Below are positions 24,434 to 36,957 of a stretch of 64,000 bases of DNA, piece by piece. Made by a program: the position numbers and the translations under genes. The first letter of the stretch is position 1. Every line of letters begins with the position of its first letter. Location of the stretch: positions 67,890,001 through 67,954,000 of the forward strand of contig NC_043007.1 of assembly GCF_006345805.1 (NCBI RefSeq), given 5' to 3'. The notes beneath the pieces were generated by a model. It was not told the origin of the DNA, made no database searches, and saw only the letters and a program-made list of their open reading frames with translations. This stretch comes from Octopus sinensis (taxonomy: Eukaryota).

Positions 24434-26180
24434 AATTTTAGGGCTGGAAAAGTTTACTTGACTAAAACAGTTTGGGTATATTAAACTCACCCAAAGAACT
24501 TGAGAGCCTTTTATGCAGTGTCTCAGATTCTAGTCAAACCCTGATTAATGCGTCCTTCGACATCCAAATCACTAATTAGTTATTTTAAACTAAACCTAAA
24601 ATTATGTCTGACCATTTGCACCCCACAGTCAAAGAAATCATAATGTTTGAGATGAGAGTATCTCATAAGACAAAATTGTTGCTTGGGGTACTTTGTCTTT
24701 ACAATCTCTGCCATGATGCCCCCAGAGTGCTGATGAGTCTGTCCCAGCGAACGGAGAAAGGAACTGTAATACAAGACTGATGATTGGCAGAGGGTCTACA
24801 GGGAGGTACCTATAAATAAGAAGGAACCATCAATTGGCTAATCCCATCTGATAGCTCTTCTCAGTATAGATAATAAAGTGTTCTATGGAGCGCTGGCAAA
24901 AAGGATATCAAGGTCCCAGACTAAGAAAGAAAAAAGCCCTTTAGGTTGTCTGACTTGGAAAATGTGTATAGATTAGTTCCTCATGCGTGTATAAACAAAC
25001 CATTGCATTTTGATTTTGCATTCCAGAATGTTTGAGGAAAATTCTGCTGTGGTATTTTGGATCAATAGTTTTGAAGCCTACCATAAAACAGTTCTCGGCT
25101 AACTGACAGACACTCGAGATAGCCATCATGATGGGGTTACCATTCCTCTACTTCTCATCATGATGCTTATAGGGTTGGCATTGAGTGGGGAAAGACGCTA
25201 CAAGGAGGAAATAAAGATCGGAAAACTCTTAGAACTGCTACCGGAGCTAGTTTTTATGGACGACATTACAACCATTGTGACAATAGTGAAAAAAGCAAAC
25301 CTCTCATATTGCGATTGATTTAGTAATTCCAACAATGTAAACTACGCATCAACCACCAAGTTGCCACCAATCCACGATGTGATTTAATTTAAAGAATTAT
25401 TTCATTTTGAGACTGAAAAGGAACTGAATCTAATGACCAAGGAGCAGGTGGCCTAGAGCTTAAAATAATGTAAAGATGGGTATCAGCATTGAGGTCAAGT
25501 TACAACAAAGATTAATTAACTGCCAATTCCAATTTCGATTTGGCCGGAACGTTTAAAATAGTGTTAATAAACATGGCCGTTTGTCAAGGTTCTTGTGGTT
25601 ACATCAAATGCTTGAAATTAACAAGAGTGGAAAGCATGGGCAATTGTGTTAGTAAGTTCATATGAATAGGACTCGATTCCTCGCAATGCCTTACAGGAAT
25701 TTAACTATTATAGTGCTACTGCAAAAGTGCAACTGTCTAATGTTTCCGGTGGACGAAATTAAAGTAGTAAAAGCTTATTGCCAAAAGAGCAGTGGGACTT
25801 GGTGGATTTCATATTTTTTGGGTCTCATATTGACGAGAACATGTGGAAAACTGTTGTGGTGGCGGTAGAAGCCAATCTGGGAAACGAAAGAGCTTTTTTG
25901 CTGTAGAATACACGGATTGGAGTGAGAATATTGAACAAAGTGGATATCTTACCAGAATAACAAAAGCGATATATTGAGAGAAAATAATTTGGTCATGTAG
26001 ATGAGGAGAATCGTGTTATTGTAGGATACAGGTTAGAAAGTTGGTGCATATTCGCAACATGTGAGATAGCTGAGCAAAGAAAACTACCGCGGATTATGTT
26101 GCTGAAAAATGGAGCCTACCCAGTTACGATTCCTCCTGAGAGCGATGTAGTTCCGTCCTCGGTCAATATTTGATGATGAG

Positions 26181-26312
26181 CCGCCGAGGTCGACTTTGCC
26201 TTTTATCCTTTCCGGGACGATAAATTAAGTACCAGTTGCGTACTGAGGTCGATCCAATCGACTGGACCCTCCCCCAAAATTTCGGGCCTTGTGCCTAGAG
26301 TAGAAAAGAATA
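26181..26312 (+). mobile_element. SINE family A, 5'-truncated, older-type tail
   Basis: ccgccgaggtcgactttgcc...aaaatttcgggccttgtgcctagagtagaaaagaatat. Confidence 0.8.
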
Positions 26313-26313
26313 T

Positions 26314-26575
26314 TTCCACTTATTCAGGTCTCTGCAGAATAGTCTTAATGGTAAAATTTTCAATCCCTTGGATGACATAAAAAGATACCTTGATGAATTC
26401 TTTGCCAAGAAACCACCTCAATTCTGGGAAGAGGGTATTTTCAAGTTAAAGGAAGGATGGAGACGCATTGTGCAACAAAATGGTTCATATTTGGTTGATT
26501 GAAAATGTAATGGCAAGTATTTATTGAACTTTTTCTTTCCTTTAAAAATCGGCACGAACTTTCCGGACAACCCAA
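26314..26575 (+). mobile_element. Mariner transposon 3' fragment (transposase C-terminus plus TIR)
   Basis: FHLFRSLQNSLNGKIF...FWEEGIFKLKEGWRRIVQQNGSYLVD* (TGA 26500), then TIR aaaatcggcacgaactttccggacaacccaa followed by TA. Confidence 0.85.
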
Positions 26576-27924
26576 TACAAAAATAACGATGCGGTAGCGT
26601 CAATGAAATGACAGTGGAGGTCTGCACAACATTACATCTTTTTTCCGTCATGGATAATGAGAAATAATAACAACACAGAGGCGTAAAAATACAATATGGG
26701 AAAGCGGAAACATAAACTTTTGAATGGTGCTGCAAGGATTTTAAGGTACCATTCATATTTCCCAGCTATATTGCGATAAAGTCAAGGCAGCACCTTGACT
26801 TTAGAGTATGGTTTAATTTGTTAAAAAGATTCTGATTGTTGAATTGACGGTGCCTCGGATAAGTAATTCGGAGAGAACACAGCAAGGTAAAGGCTTAAAA
26901 TGTAAAGGTACCAGAGAATCATGTGAAGCACGAGGTTGCCATGTATGATAGTTGAGGTATGAGTGGAATGCTGAAGATTTGTAGCTGGGTTCAGTATGTC
27001 CTGTCTGGCTGCCACTGAACTTGAGAAAGACTGCAGAGATGTGATTCAAGAAACGGAGCGGCAAGCAGGAACTGTTCCATCATGAATATAGCAGAGCTAT
27101 GTTAGTGGAAGACCATCATAAATAAAATAAAATATTTGATGCATTGCTGGAATGATTAGAACTGTATCCGGTTTGGTATGGTGGGTGAATGGAGGAGGGA
27201 GAGGAAAAGCATTGATACCTTATAGACAGAATGATCTTCGTTGATTGGCAAAGTTGGAGGGGCGATACTGCAGGCAGTTGCCGATATTATTGTCATTTCC
27301 GGCCGACCTACCTCTGGGTAGTAGTAGATGTAATCCTTGGGGAGCAGACAACCTTTCACGAGGTTTAACGCTACCACCTGACATTTTAGGTGCTACAAAC
27401 TCTGCTGCTTGCATTGGAATTAGGCTTTCCGGTTTGAGTATAACTCCCGTACTTTCTTCCAGTAATGTAGAAGATCCTTTAAAGTATCATGCGCACTGAT
27501 TTCCCTCTTGACTAAGAGGTGGTAAAAAAAAGAAAAAGACGATCTTGTAAAGTGCTTGGATTTTCAGAGGCAGTTATATCAACCAAAGATTTACCTGGTT
27601 CTGTTGACTTCTAAATAAGACCAGTCAGGTAAAATTTCTTTTCGTTGCGTTCATTATATGAGTTGGATTTAACCTTACAAGTTGTCCAACTACCCTTGTT
27701 CCTACCCACTTGTACTTATTTACAATTAAGTGAAATTAAGTGTCTTACCCATAAAGTTCAGAGTACCGACCAAAGGATGCAACCAGACGTGTTACTGATT
27801 GATTGTCTGGTCGTCTATCCACCCACTCTGCATTTCTGTATTTCCATTCCTTCTCTCATGTTCACATAAACACATGCACACACGTACACACACACATACA
27901 CATACCCACATATGTATGTATGCA

Positions 27925-28322
27925 TTCTTTTATTCTTTTACTTGTTTCAGTCATTTGACTGCGGCCGTGCTGGAGCACCGCCTTGAAGAGTTTTAGTCGA
28001 GCAAATCGACCCCAGGACTTATTCCTTAAGTCTAGTACTTATTCTATCGGTCTCTTTGCCGAACTGCTAAGTTACGTGGACGCAAGCACACCAAGATCGG
28101 TTGTCAAGCGTTGGTGGGGGACAAACACAGACACAAATATATATATATATATATACATATATGCGACGGGCTTCTTTCGGTTTCCGTCTACCAAATCCAC
28201 TCACAAGGTTTTGGTCGGTCCGAAGCTATACTAAAAGTCACTTTTCCTAGGTGCCATGCAGTGGGACTGAACCTGAAACCATGTGATTGGGAAGCAAGCT
28301 TCTTACCACCCAGCCATACCTG
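27925..28322 (-). mobile_element. SINE family B, full length
   Basis: tRNA-like head at right, internal (TA)n, tail ...aatgactgaaacaagtaaaagaataaaagaa at left. Confidence 0.9.
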
Positions 28323-28842
28323 AGTCGTTAATTATTCTAAACTTGAAATAAAGTGTACACTTGTCAGGCAAATGACTTGATCTGAGACCGCGTGTTGAAA
28401 CTAAAAGCACAATTTAGCCTTCCGGAAACAACACAAAAATTGTTAGCATTACTTAAACATTTATTATTTGGTGTCAAAATTTTCGTCGTCCCAACTGCGA
28501 AATAGTCGCTAACCTAAATCCAACGCATATTCTCAAGGGTAAGGGTCAACTGAAAAAGTGAAACTCAGACCGAGCGTAGAGTTGGCTGCAAATTAGACAC
28601 CTGACAGGTTGATTTGTTATAGAAAATAGTTATTAAAGCCGTGCAGTAAGTGTGCATGAAAGATATGGTAACCCTGAATATTTTATCTTTATTCACAGAC
28701 TCAGTACATTCTCTGACACACGCACAAACACACACACACACACACCACACAAACGCACACGCACATCACATATATATGATTATGTTTGTATATATATATA
28801 TATATATGTATTATATGTATATATATGTATACATATGTATAC

Positions 28843-28883
<41 letters not shown>

Positions 28884-29465
28884 TATATATATATATATTA
28901 TATATATATGTATATATGTTTGTCAATTTTAACCCACGCTGGTGGAAAGGGGAGAGCAGAAATTCTTCGCTTGCATATTCGAATTTGATAGCACTTTTAG
29001 TTCGAGCAGAATTCTAGAGGTGATTAGAAGCCGAAAGGGTATGCTCCCGACTTTCAGTGTTCCCAAATCCGATTCAAGGAATTCTGAGCTGAAGAAAGAA
29101 ATGTCGAATTGACTAATCTAGAAACGTACGTTCTCAAATAACCTTTGCACTTGATTTTTTAATGTTTTTTCCCCCATACTTTTGTGAGTTAGTTTAGGCA
29201 AACACTATCTGAGAGAGATCTTCTTTAAGTATTAGAAATAGCTGAAGAAATTTCTTTAGCTGCTATTTCTAATGAGTTCAGTATGTGGCAAAGTAATTTA
29301 TTTTACTAAGCCCTTATATATAATGTAATATTTTGAATTCGCCTATAATGGTCCCTTTACATACTGAATACTTGGTGAAATTGATTAATAATTAATTAAT
29401 TTTACCCTCAATTGTTGTATATATATATATATATATTATATATATATATATATATGTATACATAT

Positions 29466-29713
29466 ATTGTTGTTGTTTGTTACTTCTCGAGCCACGCCTG
29501 GCTCAAGGGCCGGTATGTCGCAGGTGAGCTGTAAGATGCAGGAGAAAAGAGTGAGAGAAAGTTGTGGCGAAAGGGGCAGCAGAAGTTCGCCATTACCTTC
29601 TTCCGGAGTCGCGTGGAGCTTAGGTGTTTCGCTCATAAACACACGCATCGCCCGGTCTCAGATTCAAATTCGCGATCCCTAGACTGCGACTCCGCTGCTC
29701 TAACCACTAGGCC

Positions 29714-29716
<3 letters not shown>
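29466..29716 (-). mobile_element. SINE family D, diverged, tail type 2
   Basis: Family-D head and core (ctttcgccacaactttctctcactctt), then cctgcatcttacagctcacctgcgacataccgg...aacaacaac. Confidence 0.75.
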
Positions 29717-29756
<40 letters not shown>

Positions 29757-29760
29757 AATA

Positions 29761-30172
29761 TTCTTTTATTCTTTTATTTGTTTCAGTCATTTGACTGCGA
29801 CCATGCTGGATCACTGCATTTAGTCGAACAAATCGACTTCAGGACTCATTCTTTGTGAGTCTAGTACTTATCCTATCAGTCCCTTTTGCCGAACCGCTAG
29901 GTTATGGGGACGTAAACACACCAAAATCAGTTGTCAAGCGATGATGGATGGGGGGCAAAGATACACACGCACGAACGCGCGCACACACACACAGACATAC
30001 ACACACATATACGACGGGCTTCTTTCAGTTTCCGTCTACCAAATCCACTCACAAGGCTTTGATCGGCCCGAGGTTATAGTAGAAGACACTGGTCCAAGGT
30101 GTCACGCAATGCGACTGAACCCAGAACCATGTGGTTGGTAAGCAAGCTACTTACCACATAGCCATGTCTGCA
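29761..30172 (-). mobile_element. SINE family B, full length
   Basis: Colinear with 27925-28322. Confidence 0.9.
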
Positions 30173-30206
<34 letters not shown>

Positions 30207-30375
30207 CGCAGTTATACTCCCTAGTATTATATATATATATATCCAAATATATATATGTATATATATATGTATGTATATATATATATATATATATGTATAC
30301 ACATATATATACATATATATATACATGTATATATGTACATATATGTATAATATATACATATATAGATATGCATAC

Positions 30376-30418
<43 letters not shown>

Positions 30419-30476
30419 TACATATGCATACATATGTATATATATATATATATACATACATAAATACTCACACACA

Positions 30477-30545
<69 letters not shown>

Positions 30546-30550
<5 letters not shown>

Positions 30551-30860
30551 GGCCACCATTCGACCCTGCATTGAATATTGCTGTCACCTTTTGGCTGGTA
30601 TCTTCTCTGAGTGTCTTAACTTGAGTAAATGAATTCGGGATCGAGTTGATAGCAAGCTGTGTCCTCTTCTTTTGAAGAGGTTGCAATCTTTCGCTCATTG
30701 TTGAAATGCATCTTCACTGGTCTTTCACAATAAATATTTCGATGGTCATTACTCTAATGAACCTTCTGGGTCTAATACCTTCTCTCAAGACCTTCAAACG
30801 CGTGACTCATTTCCCTCCCAGTTAGTCATAAGCCCTTTTATTCTAAGCTTCTTTCTTTGA
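30546..30860 (+). mobile_element. CR1/L2/Jockey-type LINE, RT C-terminal remnant
   Basis: [18 protein letters not shown]...LQSFAH...ASSLVF..KYFDGHYSNE, matching the IRPxxEYCxHxW...HRR.VASL motif pattern; with stops and frameshifts. Confidence 0.65.
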
Positions 30861-30884
30861 ACTCTCTGAAACGTACCACCATCA

Positions 30885-31032
30885 TCCTTGGATAACATCG
30901 GTGGCGAGGTGAGGGGAGGCCACTATGCATGGGTGACTGCTGGTTTTCCATAAACAACCTTGCCCAGACTTGTGCCTGGGAGGGCAACTTTCTAGGTTCA
31001 ATCCCATGGTCATTCATGACCGAAGGGGGTCA
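30885..31032 (+). mobile_element. SINE family E 3' tail fragment
   Basis: ggataacatcgg...ccataaacaaccttgc...tttctagg..caatcccatggtcattcatgaccgaagggg is the reverse-complement homolog of 56627-56780. Confidence 0.75.
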
Positions 31033-31334
31033 CAACAATTCATCCTATTTTCCAGAAAAATATGTGTATTCGAAACGTTAAAGATAATTTCCTTAGCATC
31101 AATCTAATTAATACTAGCTGTGTGTATACTTTTTACCTCGTATTTGTGTTGTGTTTTTCGTCGCCATTGCAGCATGAGGCGTCGATGCTTCCTAGAGCTT
31201 AACAGCGGTGAGGTAATCCCCTACTGTCACGTTAAATTGACAGTATACAACCATTCTATCGCCCCACCACCGTACATATCTATATGAGATATTTAGAAAT
31301 TTAATATTTATAAATATCTCATAGAGATATAAAT

Positions 31335-31585
31335 ATAAAATGGGACAAGAGCGTAAAACATCCAGAAGACGATACAAAAACACGGACGGGTCATTCGAAG
31401 CCTTTAATCTTCGGTCAAGAAACGGATCATCCTCGCAATTTCGGCTGATTAATCTTGACCTCTGATTGCTCCAATCTAGCCATCCCCAAGGAAAAACTAA
31501 GCTAAGAGCATTAGATTCCTTGGAAAAAAGCTTCGAATGTATACGAAACAAGGACGGAAAAACGGACGATGTTATACGAATGTAG
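31335..31585 (+). repeat. Unclassified dispersed repeat (second copy inverted at 51305-51550)
   Basis: aaaatgggacaa...gacgggtcattcgaag...gcaatttcggctgatta...ccccaaggaaaaactaagctaagagca is shared with the reverse complement of 51305-51550. Confidence 0.8.
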
Positions 31586-32199
31586 ATATGTAAACGCGCG
31601 CGCACACACACACACACATACACACATACATGCCCACACACACATTTTATAGTCAGCAGGGCGTTACATGGCATTCCAACTAGAAGAAACTTTCGACTCC
31701 GCCCTGTGTCATTTATTTTGGTGCTGCGACTATAAAGAATATTTTCTCCTATGGTTATTTGTTACGAGTATTCGCTGTGCACAGCCCCCATGCTGACGGA
31801 CGGGGCTTTTAGGTGTCACATCGTTATTTGAACTCAGACACAAAGTGCATAAAAAAAAAAAAGAAAAAAAAAAACTCTAATAATTGTAGCAATATTTTGC
31901 CATGGTTGGCTGCTTTATTTATAGACCTCGAAAGGGCGAAATACGAACTCGACTTCCACTGGATTTGAATTCCTAGTAGGAAAAATATCGCAGATTTTCT
32001 ATCCACAAATCCAGTGCTTCACATATGTGTTTGCGCGTGTGATGTGCGTACACAAGTGCGTGTACAAACACATATAAATGTATACAAATATATGCACATG
32101 TATATCTACTCACACACATACACACACACCACACACATACATATATATATACTAATATATATATATATATAGACATATACACAAAGTGCATATATTTAT

Positions 32200-32231
<32 letters not shown>

Positions 32232-32365
32232 TGTATGTATGTATGTATGTATATATATATATATTATATATATATATATAATATATATATACAGTTACGC
32301 ATAAGCACACACGCAGTCTTATATATATATATATATAACAATGATTACACGTACACACACACACA

Positions 32366-32429
<64 letters not shown>

Positions 32430-32505
32430 CATATGTACCATATACATGCTTGCATATCTATGCATATATATATATATATATATATATTCGTTCATGCGTA
32501 TGTAT

Positions 32506-32553
<48 letters not shown>

Positions 32554-32966
32554 GTATACACACACACGTATATATATATATATGTATGTATACATGTATA
32601 TGTGTGTATATGTATATGCCCGTGATACGTGAATGTAATATATGTATATATGCATGTGCATGTATGTGTGAGTGTGTGTATGTGTGTATGCGTATGTATG
32701 TTTGCGCACGCGTGTAATATTGGCGCCGACGAATCCTGACACGCTTATATACATATCGAATGAACATATCAGCGTACAACACAAACATAAGGAAATGTAA
32801 ATAAATCGACAAAACAAACCACCAGGAAATATGACGAAAACAGATGAAAATAAACTGGACAAAACTATTGGGCCTTATCACGGCAGCACCACAACCCCCT
32901 CCTTGCAATCCCAGGGAGAGTGAAAACAGAAAAAAAAAAAATACAAAATATAGTTAAGAAATAATC

Positions 32967-33188
32967 GCTTACCTCACAGCAAATGTCAACACGCTATGAT
33001 GTGATATTAGTTTTTCAGGATCACGGACTAACACTGCCTGTGCCTCTTTTTCTCTCTCTCTATGTTTCTTCTTTCTCTTCTACTTCTGCTTCGACTTCTA
33101 GACGTTGGTGACGACGGATGCAACAGTTTAAAGGGGTACTTTTCTTCCTTTCTCTTATTTACTTTCTTAATATTTATATATAAATATT

Positions 33189-33231
<43 letters not shown>

Positions 33232-33640
33232 ATATATATTTAAAGTTATAGCTTGTTTTGTTAATTTTCTTTCTCGTATTTTGTTTTCCCTGTGTGTGTT
33301 ATTTTTCTGTGTTGTGTTATGTAGAATAATGTAAGTTAGTATTGCTGTTAACGGTGAGTCGCTCTAAAAACACTGCTCGTTGGTCTCTTATATATAGTAG
33401 TGCTTAAGAAAACTAAGGCAGGTCTATACCGCCTCACTTATCGATCTACGCGCCCACATTTTCGACGTGTCTAAACTATAACGCCTCTCTCCTCCTCCCC
33501 TCCTTTCTTCAGCCTCCTCCTTCTCCTCCCGCCCCACGTTCTGTATTTCCTTTCCTCTGCCCAGTGCCTAATCCATACTCTTTCCCCTTGTCATCACCGT
33601 TCCGGCAAACATCGTCGTCGCCGCCGCCGCCCCGTGGTCG
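32967..33640 (-). promoter_or_regulatory. Possible promoter and non-coding first exon on the minus strand
   Basis: CpG/CCT-rich patch at 33420-33640. Minus-strand TATATATAAG at 33396-33387. Strong donor GAG|GTAAGC with the intron starting at 32972. No ORF support. Confidence 0.3.
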
Positions 33641-33899
33641 TCGATGCTTTTTTGTTATTTTTGTTGTTGTTGTTGTTGTTGATGTTATATTCTTGTTGTC
33701 GTTGTAGTTATCTTCATGTTGTGGTTGTTGATATTGATCTTGATGATCATCATGAAGATGATGATGATGATAATGAGGATGACGAAGATGATGAGGACGA
33801 CGACGACGACGATGATGATGATAATGATGACAACAAGGATGATAATGGTAATTATGCTGTTGATGTTAAATGAAAGTGATTAAAAAAAAAACTGAATCG

Positions 33900-34304
33900 C
33901 TTGGGCACATCCCACCACCGAGGTTAAATTTGCCTTTCATCCCTCCAGGGTCGATAAATAAAGTAGTAGTCAAAACTGTTCCCCACTCCCAAATTTCTGG
34001 ATTTGCGCCTTGTTTGCAAGTCGGACAAAATGCTTGGCGCATTTCTCCCGGCTTTACGTTCTGGGTTCAAATACTACCGAAGTTGGCCTTGCTTTTGGGG
34101 TCGATAAACTAAATAGCAGTCGAGCACTGGGGTCGATGTAATCGATTAGCCTCATACCCCAAATTTTCAGGCCCGTCATCATCATCATCATTATTATTAT
34201 CATTTCGGGGATGATAAAATAAGAACCGGTCAAGCACTGGGGTCGATACAATTCATTCCCCCGTCTTGAAATTACTGACCGTGTGTCAAAATTTGAAACC
34301 ATTA

Positions 34305-34344
<40 letters not shown>

Positions 34345-34348
34345 ATTA

Positions 34349-34379
<31 letters not shown>

Positions 34380-34900
34380 TATTATTATCATTATTATTAT
34401 TATTATTAAGGCGGTGAGCTGGCACAATCGTCAGCGCGCTGGACGAAATGCTGTTATTAGCTGTATTTCGCCCACCGCTACGTGCTGAGTTCAAATTCCA
34501 CCAAGGTCGGCTTTTGTCTTTCATCCATTCGGGATCGATTAAATAAGTACCAGTTTCGCACTGGGGTCGTTTAAACAACTTACCCTCCTCCCCGCAAATT
34601 TAAGGCTTTGTGGCTATAATAGAAAGAATTATTTTTATAATTATTTCATCCTTTCAGGGTCGATAAATTAAGTACCAGTGAAGAACTGGGATCGACTGAA
34701 TAGACTAGCCCCCGCCCCAACAATTTCAGGCCTTACACCTTTAGCAGAAAGGATTATTATTATTACTATTTATTCGACTTAGCTTTTCATTCTTTCGAGA
34801 TTGATAAAATAAGTACCAGTTGAACACTGGGGTCGATGTAATCGACTGATCCTCTTTTCCGAAATTGCTGGCCTTGTGGCAAAATCTGAAATCATTATCA
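33900..34900. mobile_element. Cluster of SINE family A copies and 3' halves
   Basis: Near-full copy at about 34408-34630 (+). Further + partial copies at about 33900-34010, 34030-34180, 34645-34760 and 34780-34900. A minus partial at about 34205-34310. (ATT)n spacers. Confidence 0.8.
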
Positions 34901-35359
34901 TTAAATTGTTGTGGTGTAGTCTCTGATGAAACCCTGTTCGAGTAGACTTATGATCCAACCATGACCCTCACGTCTTCTTAGATTATGTGTAAGACTATAT
35001 TTAGAATAGTGAATGTATACTTTCCATATTGTGTCCTATTAAGATGTGACAGAGTAATTTGGGAAAGATTTGGTAGCTATTTCTAGCATAAGCGAACAAG
35101 CACATGAAATTGTTTCGCTGGTGAAGGATGGCAGATGGAAAGAAGGGTGAAGCGGTGAGTGAAAATGCTTTAAGGTATTTCGTTGCATACCTTTAAACAC
35201 TGGGTTCAAATCATGTTAAAGTCGTTGTTGATAGTCTTCCACCATGGGTCGATACAAGTGAGGAAACAATAAAGTACCGAGAGGAGATTAAATCAATTGT
35301 ATCCTCGGTCCTTCGCCTCACAAAATTTGTCATCTACTGTGTATGTGAGAAATTAATAT

Positions 35360-35396
<37 letters not shown>

Positions 35397-35977
35397 AATA
35401 ATGATGATGATGCGATGATGATGATGATGATGATGATGATGATCATCATCATCATCATTATATCATAATCATCACAGCTATCGTCGCCACATTTATTAGT
35501 GTCTCTGTTATCATCACCATCCCCACTACTGACATCGTTCACCACCATCGCTATCGCCTCCGCCACCGCCCCTGCCGTCGTTCACTGCCCCCACCCGACC
35601 ACCAGCGCCGCCGCTGCCACGTCATGAATGACAACCACCACCACCACCACCACCACCTTCTTCCTGATTCTTTCACCTCAGTATCGCCGTCACATCTGTC
35701 TTAGCCACCCACCATCACCACTACAATCGGTCCCGCTGTCATCATCATCATCATCATCATCATCATTGCCATTATCACACAGGTATTTTTTTCAACAGGC
35801 TAATTTTTCACGTATCATTTTTCTTTTTTCTTTTTTCACCTGCATCCATTAATATAAATCTGTTTTATATTGTGTCGGATAGGCAATCCACCACACTCGA
35901 ACACATTAACAGGCATATAAATATACAACGAACATTGATTTATACATACATGTATATTTATACATAAATATACATAG

Positions 35978-36542
35978 GTGCTTGTATGGCTGTGTATTAA
36001 GAAGCTTGCTTACCAACCATATGGTCCAGTCCCAATGCGTGGCACCTTAGAAAAATGCCTCGGGCCGACTAAAGCTTTGTTAGTGACAACAAAACTGAAA
36101 GAAGTCCATATATATATATGACTGCGGTCATGCTGGAGCATAGACTTCTAGTCGAATAAATCGACCCCAGGACTCATTCTTTGTAAGCCTGGTACTTATT
36201 CTACGGGGACGTAAACACACTAACATCGGTTGTCAAGCGACGGTGGTGGTAGTAGGAGGGACAAGCAGAGACACAAAGACACACATGAACACACACACAC
36301 ACATGCACACATGCGCACACCCATATATATATATATGCACTACAGGCTTCTTTCAGTTTCCGTCTACCAAATCCGCTAATAAAGCTTTGATCGGCTCGAG
36401 ACTGGTAGAAGACACTTGCCCAAGGTACCCCGCAGTGGAACTGAACCTGGAACCAAGTGGCTGGGATTCAAGCTTCTTACTACACAGCCACGCCTGCGGA
36501 ATCGAAACCGTAATCGAAAAGGTAAAATTATTTCTGTCTATA

Positions 36543-36581
<39 letters not shown>

Positions 36582-36626
36582 ATGTGTGCTTGCGTGTGTG
36601 TGTGTGTGTGTGTGTGCATGTGTGCT

Positions 36627-36665
<39 letters not shown>

Positions 36666-36905
36666 GTGTGTGTATGTGTGTGTGTGTGGCGTAACTTTGC
36701 ATTTGTGTTTGTCCACTACCACCACTTAACAACCGGTGCTGGTTTGTTAACGACCTCCTAAACTTCAGCAGTTCAGGCAAAGAGGCCGATAGAATAAACA
36801 GCAGGCTTAATATAAAGATGTACTGTGGTCGATTTGTTCGACTAAACCCTCTAAGTTAATGCTCCAGCATGGCTACAACCTAATGAGTGAAACAAGTAAA
36901 AAATA
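35978..36905 (+). mobile_element. Old SINE family B split by a second SINE-B
   Basis: 5' half at about 35978-36115; (TG)n plus 3' half at about 36540-36905. Confidence 0.7.
36120..36497 (-). mobile_element. SINE family B nested in the internal microsatellite of another SINE-B
   Basis: Head gcaggcgtggctgtgtag at 36497 going left; 3' part ...ctccagcatgaccgcagtc at 36120. Confidence 0.85.
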
Positions 36906-36957
36906 AGGTACAAACACGTAAATATACACTCGTAGGCATATGTATATTTAACAGTTA

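Larger units (their letters stand above)
24830..27110 (+). mobile_element. Hero-like (R2 superfamily) non-LTR retrotransposon, heavily decayed and interrupted
   Basis: Colinear motifs: IALLSIDNKVFYGALAKRI (24851-24907), DLENVYRLVPHA (from 24952), LEIAIMMG.TI.PLL (about 25113-25160), FMDDITTI (from 25253), KILIVELTVP (26826-26855), ETERQA.. (about 27050). Confidence 0.75.

Noticed and set aside
29231-29273. 12-bp inverted repeat attagaaatagc/gctatttctaat
   Set aside because: Short and AT-rich, and the gctatttcta motif recurs in a dispersed repeat (about 35075), so it is probably a repeat remnant.
33634-33873. Acidic poly-Asp ORF
   Set aside because: It is a (GAT/GAC)n and (GTT)n low-complexity tract with no other coding signal.
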